Shown here: piece after piece, positions 1 to 6,518 of the stretch
Numbering within the stretch: position 1 is the stretch's first letter
Layout of the letters: each line of letters opens with the position of its first letter
NCBI GenBank assembly: GCA_031372065.1
Contig: JANMKN010000106.1
Location: 1-16,163 of the forward strand
Direction of reading: 5' to 3'
Source of the DNA: Abditibacteriaceae bacterium
Lineage (GTDB): Bacteria > Armatimonadota > Abditibacteriia > Abditibacteriales > Abditibacteriaceae
DNA length: 16,163 bases
Made by a program: the position numbers and the translations under genes
Notes under the pieces: generated by a model
What the model was told of the DNA's origin: nothing
The model's input: the letters and a program-made list of their open reading frames with translations, nothing else
Database searches by the model: none

Positions 1-1
1 C

Positions 2-757
2 AAAAATGCCTCTGGCGCGCATAATATGGCGGTTGATGAGGCTCTTTTGCTCTCGCAAGCGCCAAACGACGCGCCGGTTTTGCGTTTTTATGGTTGGAAT
101 CCGCCCTGTGTTTCGCTCGGCAGATTTCAAAAAGGGCCACCTCAAAATTCCGCACTCCGCACTCCGCACTCCGCATTTATCCGCCGTCCCACTGGCGGGC
201 GCGCGATTTGGCATCAGCACGAAATAACTTATGCCGTTGTGCTGCGTCAGGAACTTTTGCCCCAGCAATGGCATTCTGTTATTGGATCGTATCAATGGCT
301 CAGTCGCGCTTTTATTCATGGATTGCAAAGTTTGGGTGTGCAAGCGCAGTTAGCTGAAAGCGAAGTTCGTCACAAAAACACGGCGCGCGACGAAAACTGT
401 TTTGCTTCGGCGGCGCGCAGCGATTTTGTGGTGGACGGCAGAAAGCTGATCGGCGCCGCACAATGTCGCAAAAACGGCGCGATTTTGCAGCATGGTTCGC
501 TTTTATTGTCAATAAACCGCGAAAACTGGCAGAAAAATGTCGGCGGTTCGATGGAAGCGACAGTTTCGTTGGACGAATTGGGAATTTTCGCCTCGCGTGA
601 CGAAATTATTCAAGCACTTTGCCAAGGCGTGCAAAGCACTTTGGACGCGCAATTGCAGGAAGATTCCTTGTCGGAAAGCGAAAAAACTCAGGTTTCTCGC
701 TTGTTTTCACAAAAATACACACGTTCTGAGTGGAATTTCTTAGGCCAAGAGCCTTAA
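2..757 (+). CDS. Lipoate-protein ligase A / octanoyltransferase (LplA/LipM-like, BPL/LPL catalytic domain), 5' end outside the window
   Basis: Motifs NMAVDEALL, LRFYGW..P.VSLG, RRPTGGRAIWH..EITY, GRKLIGAAQ and LQHGSL. The frame is open back to base 2 (KNASGAHN-MAVDE), so the true start lies upstream. Confidence 0.9.
   Translation, partial: KNASGAHNMAVDEALLLSQAPNDAPVLRFYGWNPPCVSLGRFQKGPPQNSALRTPHSAFIRRPTGGRAIWHQHEITYAVVLRQELLPQQWHSVIGSYQWLSRAFIHGLQSLGVQAQLAESEVRHKNTARDENCFASAARSDFVVDGRKLIGAAQCRKNGAILQHGSLLLSINRENWQKNVGGSMEATVSLDELGIFASRDEIIQALCQGVQSTLDAQLQEDSLSESEKTQVSRLFSQKYTRSEWNFLGQEP
149..176 (+). repeat. Heptamer tandem repeat (TCCGCAC)3 TCCGCAT inside the ligase CDS
   Basis: Units at 149-155, 156-162, 163-169 and 170-176, preceded by degenerate TCAAAAT (142-148). 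Encodes SALRTPHSA. Confidence 0.9.
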
Positions 758-845
758 ATGGCGATAAGAATAGTCTAAAATAGAACGTTACGGTGCGAAG
801 GGAAGTGTCGGATTACGGGCGTTTAGCGAGAAAGCACTCAGGTGT

Positions 846-874
846 TTGCAGACCGCTAAATGCCACGTTATAAT
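846..874 (+). promoter_or_regulatory. Sigma70-type promoter for the response regulator
   Basis: TTGCAG (846-851), 17-nt spacer, TATAAT (869-874), about 120 nt upstream of ATG 996. Confidence 0.65.
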
Positions 875-995
875 AGCGGCATTGCACGGAGTTGCGACGA
901 AGTCAGGATCAAAGCATAGAAAACTAAGGTTATCCATGCTTTTTTTCACATCACAAGAAACGCTCGCAAGCATCGCAGCCCGAAGGTAAAACATC

Positions 996-1472
996 ATGGC
1001 AAAGATTTTAGCGGTTGACGACGAAAAACATATCGTGCGTTTGGTGCAGATCAATCTGCAAAAAGAAGGCTACGAAGTCGCGACGGCCAACACTGGCAAA
1101 GAAGCGCTGGAGGTTGTCGGCGAATTTGGGCCTGACTTGATTGTGATGGACGTTATGATGCCGGAAATGGATGGCTTTGAGGCATTGAAAAAGCTCAAAG
1201 AGAATCCCGCGACCAGCGAAATTCCTGTCATCATGTTGACCGCCAAAGCGCAGGACGCCGATGTGTTTCGTGGATGGCAGTCTGGCGCCGATTTGTATTT
1301 GACCAAGCCGTTTAATCCGGCGGAATTGCTGACTTTCGTGAAACGTTTGCTGCAAAGCGCAAGTGTCACGGAGAAAACATACAGCATTGACGAAGTGGAC
1401 GACAGCTTGATTTTGCCACCGGATACGGATTTGGATAGCGAAGTGAACGCGGGAGTGGACGCGAAAAATTAA
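996..1472 (+). CDS. Single-domain response regulator (CheY-like receiver) with acidic C-terminal tail
   Basis: ILAVDDE, DLIVMDVMMPEMDG (phosphoacceptor Asp), IMLTA and YLTKPF. No output domain. AAGGT SD-like sequence upstream. Confidence 0.93.
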   Translation: MAKILAVDDEKHIVRLVQINLQKEGYEVATANTGKEALEVVGEFGPDLIVMDVMMPEMDGFEALKKLKENPATSEIPVIMLTAKAQDADVFRGWQSGADLYLTKPFNPAELLTFVKRLLQSASVTEKTYSIDEVDDSLILPPDTDLDSEVNAGVDAKN

Positions 1473-1642
1473 TCGAAAATTAATTTTCGCGGGGAACTTT
1501 TCGCGGAACCGCCGAACTCTATACAAGTGACGCGCTCCATTTCGTGGAGAGTTCTTAAGCCAAGTTGCAAGTGCCACTTGCATTTGGACTTGTGATCTGA
1601 CAACGCAGAATTCATCCAAGAAAGGGTCGAAAAGGACAAAAC

Positions 1643-1897
1643 ATGGCACGGGACGAAAGAGACGATTTTCAAAGTGGCGACGGTAGCGCCTTATTGTATG
1701 GAGGTATTGCTGCCGGAGTGTTGTTGGGCGCAGCGTTATCCACTTATTTGTGGCGTCGTCGAGTCCGCGCACTGAATTTGCTCAATCTATCGCCCTTGGA
1801 ACGTGCTGAACAAATGATTGCGAATTGCGAACGCAAGTTGGAGTCCATTGAGCAATCGTTTGAGCAGTCGTTTGAGAATTTGAAGTCGGACCGCTAA
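1643..1897 (+). CDS. Small membrane-anchored protein (N-terminal TM helix, predicted C-terminal coiled coil; YtxH-like layout)
   Basis: AAGGA SD. Hydrophobic ALLYGGIAAGVLLGAALSTYLW followed by RRRVR, then heptad-like LERAEQMIANCERKLESIEQSFEQSFENL. Confidence 0.7.
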   Translation: MARDERDDFQSGDGSALLYGGIAAGVLLGAALSTYLWRRRVRALNLLNLSPLERAEQMIANCERKLESIEQSFEQSFENLKSDR

Positions 1898-2003
1898 TGT
1901 AAAAACCTGTCGTTACGGTCAAAACACCAAACGGTTAAAACACCGGCGAATTTTTGAAGATTTTAGAAACCCGCCTCGTCCGGCTAAAGGCGAGACCACA
2001 ACC

Positions 2004-2843
2004 ATGGCAACAACGGCAGTAAAAATTTTTCCGCAGATTGGATTGGGCAACGCCCTTGCCGCGCGCGCCGCTAAAGAGCGGCCCCGTCCGGTAGGGGAGC
2101 CGCTGCAAGAACCAGTTCAAGAAGTCGTCGAAGCCGAAACTCTCGAAGCGCAGCAATTGCTGGAAGCTAACGAAGACGTAGACGTCACCGAAACTCTTGA
2201 AAGTGACGGCGATACCGATGTGGCGCCTGCTCCGGCAGCAGCGCCTCTTAGTGAAGCCAAAGCCGCGTTCTTGGCGATTTTGCAGCGCGCCAAAGAAGGC
2301 GACCGCAAAGCCTTTGAAGAGATTTATCAGCTTTACCATCGCCGCATTTACAATGCGGTTTACGGAATGCTCGGCGATCACGACGATGCCCAAGATGTAA
2401 CTCAAGATGTATTTATGCGCCTCAACGACGCGCTGCCGACTTTGCGCGCCGATGAAGCCTTTTCAACCTATTTGTATCGCATTGCTTTGAATTTGTGCCG
2501 TGACCGCGCCCGCCGCAAAAAGCGCGTGCGTTTTCAAAGCATGGACACGCCGCGCGTCACCGATGAAGGCAGTGCCGAGCCGATGGAATTTCCCGATTTG
2601 GGCCAAACCGGACGCTTGCCGGAAGAAACGCTGACCACCGAAGAATTGCAACGCCGCGTGCGCCAGGCGGTGCAAACCTTGTCCAACGACCACAAAGCCG
2701 TCATCGTGATGCACCATTTTCAAGGTATGGAAGTCAACACCATCGCGCAGATTTTAAGCGTGCCCACCGGCACCGTCAAAAGTCGCCTCGCGCGGGGACG
2801 CGACCAACTGCACCGCAAACTGCGCGGCTACTTGAACCCGTAA
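2004..2843 (+). CDS. RNA polymerase sigma-70 factor, ECF subfamily, with long N-terminal extension
   Basis: Region 2: GDRKAFEEIY, DAQDVTQDVF, FSTYLYRIALNLCRD. Region 4: IAQILSVPTGTVKSRLARGR. No region 3. The start codon is uncertain. Confidence 0.93.
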   Translation: MATTAVKIFPQIGLGNALAARAAKERPRPVGEPLQEPVQEVVEAETLEAQQLLEANEDVDVTETLESDGDTDVAPAPAAAPLSEAKAAFLAILQRAKEGDRKAFEEIYQLYHRRIYNAVYGMLGDHDDAQDVTQDVFMRLNDALPTLRADEAFSTYLYRIALNLCRDRARRKKRVRFQSMDTPRVTDEGSAEPMEFPDLGQTGRLPEETLTTEELQRRVRQAVQTLSNDHKAVIVMHHFQGMEVNTIAQILSVPTGTVKSRLARGRDQLHRKLRGYLNP

Positions 2844-2873
2844 GCCAACGAGAAGTTTCGCGCTTCATAATTG

Positions 2874-2911
2874 AAAAGACCTCTTGCCCGAATAGGCAAG
2901 AGGTCTTTTTT
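2874..2911. terminator. Intrinsic terminator, probably bidirectional
   Basis: AAAAGACCTCTTGCC-CGAATA-GGCAAGAGGTCTTTT(TT): perfect 15-bp stem between convergent genes. Confidence 0.85.
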
Positions 2912-3141
2912 CGTCAATTAGCTTGACGGTGATGTAACCCTTAAAGATTGGAAAACTACAGTAACGCATGAGGACACACGCCGTGTGTGATCTCCTGATT
3001 TTAGAGCCAATAATCCGTTAGTGACTATAGCGCCCAACTGGTCGAAGGTTAGAAAAAGCGGAGCTGGGCGCCCACCTGTAGGCAGGGGAGGTTTCTCTTC
3101 CAAACGAGTTGCTCCTCAACCAAGTAGCTTCCTGTTACTTT

Positions 3142-3999
3142 TCACATAAATCCACCAACGCCCAAAAGTTCTTTCAACTCTTCAGGTGTTTTTGGATTGT
3201 CAAGGAGTTGTTTTGTCAGACCATTTTCCGGTTTGACACCGTAAACCGAAGGTTTTTGCCACGCCGGGCCGTAGCCCATAATGACCAAACGGCGCATTCC
3301 GCCACCGGGTTTGGTCGGCAAGGCGCGATGCCATGTGGCGCCATGCACCAAAACGATGCTTCCGGCAGGCAAAGTCAGCACGATTTGGTTTTCTTTGTCC
3401 TCCAAATCGCCGCGTGGCAAATCGGCTTCTGTCCAGTTGTGCGAACCGGGAATCACGCAGAGCGGGCCGTTCAATTCGGTCACATCATCCAAATAAAGCA
3501 GCGCGTCTAAGGTTTGCGGGCGCGGCATGAGCGGCGGCAAGGGGTCGGGAATCAGGCGCTGATGAAAATGCCATTCGACTTCCTGATGCGGGTCGTCGGG
3601 AAAGCAAACGCGCGCCGTGAAACCGCGTTGTTGAATCATCGGCCCAAACAGCGCCCGCGCGATGGAAGTGACTGGCGCGAAATCTATCAACTCCAAAAAT
3701 GCCTCGTGTTTATCGGCCAAATGGCGCAAAAAGATGCCGCCGAACGACTTTTGGCCGCTACGTTCGATGTGCGAATCTTTGGCAACGCATTCGTCCATTG
3801 CCGCGCGCAATTTTTCTATTTCGTCTTGAGGCAAAAGGCTTTCGCGCACCAAATATCCATCGCACACGAATTGCTTGATTTCTTCGGGCGTCGCCAAAAC
3901 TTCAACGCGCCGCGTCGGATTGCCCCTGTGCGAATCGCGCACGCGGTAATCAATGACATGACGGCCAGGAATCACAGCAGAATTGAATGAAATCGCCAT
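3142..3999 (-). CDS. Phytanoyl-CoA dioxygenase (PhyH) family Fe(II)/2-oxoglutarate-type oxygenase
   Basis: F..DGYLV, WH, YLDDVTELNGPLCVIPGSH, AGSIVLVHGATWH and a downstream Arg (MRR). Start set at ATG 3999 because it has an AAGGA SD; the longer ORF start lies across a terminator. Confidence 0.88.
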   Translation of the reverse strand: MAISFNSAVIPGRHVIDYRVRDSHRGNPTRRVEVLATPEEIKQFVCDGYLVRESLLPQDEIEKLRAAMDECVAKDSHIERSGQKSFGGIFLRHLADKHEAFLELIDFAPVTSIARALFGPMIQQRGFTARVCFPDDPHQEVEWHFHQRLIPDPLPPLMPRPQTLDALLYLDDVTELNGPLCVIPGSHNWTEADLPRGDLEDKENQIVLTLPAGSIVLVHGATWHRALPTKPGGGMRRLVIMGYGPAWQKPSVYGVKPENGLTKQLLDNPKTPEELKELLGVGGFM

Positions 4000-4055
4000 C
4001 GTTTGGTCCTTTGCTTTCCTACCACGCTTCGTTCGATTTCCTATAGTTTGTTTTG

Positions 4056-4093
4056 AAAAACAAAAGCGCTGCAACTTTTTGAGTTGCAGCGCT
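4056..4093 (-). terminator. Intrinsic terminator of the 4114-4446 gene
   Basis: Perfect 12-bp stem AGCGCTGCAACT (4065-4076) / AGTTGCAGCGCT (4082-4093), followed on the minus strand by TTTGTTTTT. Confidence 0.8.
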
Positions 4094-4113
4094 GGCATTG
4101 ACTGGATTTCCTT

Positions 4114-4446
4114 TTAAAATCCGCGATCCAAAATTGTGCTGGGCCGCTCGTAGCGAGCATCAAAGCGCTCACTTAGGAACGTGCGGTGGCGCCAATCGGT
4201 GGGGTCAAGACGCGCCGACACGCCCTGACTCTTAACGGCATCCACGGCTTCCGCGCGCGAAATCCAACGCCCAGAACTGAGGAGGTAACGCCAGCGCAAG
4301 TAGCCCGGCAGCGACATGAAATTCGCGGGCGGCGTAAAAGGCGTGAGTCCTTTGACACTCACATGGTCCTGAGCCTGCACCTGCGTGACAGGGACAGCAC
4401 CCAACATTCCAACAAGCAGCGAAACGGCGATGAACTTGTGTTTCAT
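4114..4446 (-). CDS. Small secreted hypothetical protein (110 aa)
   Basis: Sec signal peptide MKHKFIAVSLLVGMLGAVPVTQVQA|Q. Aromatic-rich core GLTPFTPPANFMSLPGYLRWRY...GRWISRAEA. Flanked by its own promoter-like sequence and terminator. Confidence 0.75.
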   Translation of the reverse strand: MKHKFIAVSLLVGMLGAVPVTQVQAQDHVSVKGLTPFTPPANFMSLPGYLRWRYLLSSGRWISRAEAVDAVKSQGVSARLDPTDWRHRTFLSERFDARYERPSTILDRGF

Positions 4447-4452
4447 AGTTTT

Positions 4453-4480
4453 AGCATAACAAGCCCTGCATTTATGGCAA
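4453..4480 (-). promoter_or_regulatory. Sigma70-type promoter with extended -10, probably leaderless transcript
   Basis: Minus strand: TTGCCA, 16-nt spacer ending TGT, TATGCT, 6 nt, ATG 4446. No SD. Confidence 0.5.
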
Positions 4481-4481
4481 G

Positions 4482-5447
4482 TCATGGCCGCTTTACAAGA
4501 CTTAATTTCTTATCGGCTATACCAATCGTTGCAATGGCGCCAGAGTTGAATTCCAAAAAATCGGCTTCGATGCCGTCGCTGAAAATTACGCCATTTTGTG
4601 GCATCCGCGAAATGATCTGCAAGCTGTCGGCATCACGCAAAGTGCCGCAAATTAAATTGGCTTGCGAAGTTTTGGAAATGAACGGCTCGCGCACCGCGAA
4701 GCGCAATTCATTGGCGCTCCAATCAAAACGATAATTGTCTGCAATGCATTCTATCTGCGGGTCGGTTTTTGGCTCAATAGTAACGCCGCCTTGCGCCTGT
4801 ATTATTCCTGCGGCGCCGGTGAGAATGGAGCGCCACCAACCCGTCGAACCGGCGCCGGTGGCGACGATAATGCCGCTGGACGATTGCGGCTCGTGCTGGC
4901 CTTGATAAACCAATTCGTAACGTGCCGAAACGTGCGTTTGCGCGCCGATAAATAAATCGTTTAGTGCGTGCAGACTTTGCCCATCATTGAGGCTCACTTT
5001 CGCCATTGTAATCGGCGCGATTTGATAATAGCCCTTTGCCGCATTTTGCAAAATTGTCGCGGCATCGTTGATGTAGAACGGCAACAGCACGCCATCAATG
5101 CGCCGATAATCGGGATTAAAGGCCACGAGTGGCTGTCCCTCAAGATATTTCGCCGCGTTGACGACCAATCCATCGGGGCCAAGTGTGACGATTAAATCGT
5201 CGTGGCCAAAGGTAAAAGTTGGCAAAAATTCGCGTTCAATCCACTGCGCGCGCACGCCTTGTGGAATCGCGTTTTGCAATTGCAGTTTGGCTGTTTGATA
5301 TTCTGCGTGCGCCTGTTCGTAATCCGAAAAATCCACGCCCATTCGCCCTAAATAAAACTGCGCTTGCTCGCGCGTGTTAAAGCGTTCGATCAATTCTTCG
5401 AGCGCGGTTTTTTTGGTGATAACGATGATTTTTTCGTGGGCAGGCAT
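4482..5447 (-). CDS. Atypical ATP-NAD kinase (PpnK/NadK-like) family protein of the SPFH-associated (NrtR-regulon OrfY-like) type
   Basis: Variant NAD kinase motifs: LGPDGL (cf. GGDGT), ALNDLFIG (cf. LNE/D), SSSGIIVATGAGSTGW (cf. DG..vsTptGSTAY) and FSDG. Confidence 0.85.
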   Translation of the reverse strand: MPAHEKIIVITKKTALEELIERFNTREQAQFYLGRMGVDFSDYEQAHAEYQTAKLQLQNAIPQGVRAQWIEREFLPTFTFGHDDLIVTLGPDGLVVNAAKYLEGQPLVAFNPDYRRIDGVLLPFYINDAATILQNAAKGYYQIAPITMAKVSLNDGQSLHALNDLFIGAQTHVSARYELVYQGQHEPQSSSGIIVATGAGSTGWWRSILTGAAGIIQAQGGVTIEPKTDPQIECIADNYRFDWSANELRFAVREPFISKTSQANLICGTLRDADSLQIISRMPQNGVIFSDGIEADFLEFNSGAIATIGIADKKLSLVKRP

Positions 5448-5456
5448 GATTTTTAC

Positions 5457-5609
5457 TCACCACAGAGAACGCGGAGCGCGCCGAGAAAAATGATAGCCGC
5501 AAAAAAGTGCAGAAAACACAAAACCGCAAGCAAATTTCGAAATTCTTTGTGTTTTGTTTTTTGCGTATTTTCGCGCGCGTTGGCCCGCTTCTCGGCTCCT
5601 CAGCGGTGA
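5457..5609. repeat. Nested imperfect palindromic intergenic element
   Basis: Arm pairs TCACC/GGTGA (5457/5605), GCCGAGAA/TTCTCGGC (5480/5589), CGCAAAAAA/TTTTTTGCG (5498/5557) and AAAACACAAA/TTTGTGTTTT (5513/5546). Confidence 0.7.
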
Positions 5610-5612
5610 ATC

Positions 5613-6518
5613 TTATTTCTCTTGTGATTGCAAAAGCGCCGAAAGAATGTCGGGCGTGATGTTTAAGTTGCCGATTTTTTCGGCGTTTTGGCCTAAGTCG
5701 CGCAGGCCTAATGCCAGCACCAAACGCGGCTCCAGCGCTTTGAAAAGTTCCAACTCGCGTTGCAAAGCGGCGGCGCGAAAGGCGTCTTCCGTTTCAAAAG
5801 CTGCGCCGCGCGACTGGGCTTCGCGCAGGGCGTTAGCGGCTTGCAGATCAATCAGTTGTTGGCGCTGTTCTTCAAGCGAAACTTCCGTGTTAAGTTCGCT
5901 TTGCTTGATTTTGCGTTCTTCTTCGACAGCGGCGGCGCGGCGGGCATATGTCGCTTCGTCGGCGCGCCGCAACAGGCTTTCGCGATAGGGCGCTTCGAGC
6001 GCTTTGCTCATTTCGGGCGCGGGTTTAGCGGCCAAAAAATAAACATTCAGCAGTTCAACGCCCAGCGAGGCCAACAAACCTTGTGTGACAATGGCGTTTT
6101 GCACTTGCGCGGCGATGGTTTGCGAATCGCGAATGGCATCTTCCAAACTGCGGCTTTGCACCAGTTGGCGCGTTTGCATCTGGATGACATTCGCAATGCG
6201 TTGCGGCAAACGCTGCGGGTCATCAGCGATATAAGTGCGGCGGCGCGGCTCCATCGTGAAATTGAGCAGTGCGGCGGCGGTTTGCGGGTCGGCAATGCGA
6301 TAAGTGAACTGGCCTTGAATAGTGACGGCTTGAAAGTTTTGCGTCACTTCGTTGAAGACGAAATTACCATCCGCAGAACTGGTCGGCACCGCCACGATTT
6401 GCGTGTTGTGTTGCAAATAATAAAAGGCCAAACCCGCGCCCGACCTCACCACGCGTCCCGAACGGTAGCGAATGATATATTCCGTTGGCAAGCCTTTGAA
6501 AAATCCGAGGTTAATCAT
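5613..6518 (-). CDS. SPFH/Band-7 domain protein with C-terminal coiled coil (NrtR-regulon OrfX-like)
   Basis: G.GLAFYY, FQAVTIQGQFTYRIADP and LGVELLNV, then an Ala/Glu-rich coiled coil (ADEATYARRAAAVEEERKI) and C-terminal KIGNLNITPDIL. No TM helix. Confidence 0.88.
   Translation of the reverse strand: MINLGFFKGLPTEYIIRYRSGRVVRSGAGLAFYYLQHNTQIVAVPTSSADGNFVFNEVTQNFQAVTIQGQFTYRIADPQTAAALLNFTMEPRRRTYIADDPQRLPQRIANVIQMQTRQLVQSRSLEDAIRDSQTIAAQVQNAIVTQGLLASLGVELLNVYFLAAKPAPEMSKALEAPYRESLLRRADEATYARRAAAVEEERKIKQSELNTEVSLEEQRQQLIDLQAANALREAQSRGAAFETEDAFRAAALQRELELFKALEPRLVLALGLRDLGQNAEKIGNLNITPDILSALLQSQEK

Noticed and set aside
853..883. Short inverted repeats CCGCTA/TAGCGG and AATGCC/GGCATT around the 846-874 promoter
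   Set aside because: The arms are only 6 bp, too short to separate from chance.
1008..1772. 254-aa minus-strand ORF
   Set aside because: Antisense shadow of the response regulator and small-protein genes, with no motifs.
1985..1997. TAAAGGCGAGACC upstream of the ECF gene, identical to the 3' end of the yybP-ykoY riboswitch (16082-16094, minus)
   Set aside because: No GGGGAGTA or CGTCAATAC-type elements precede it, and a 13-bp match within 16 kb is expected by chance.
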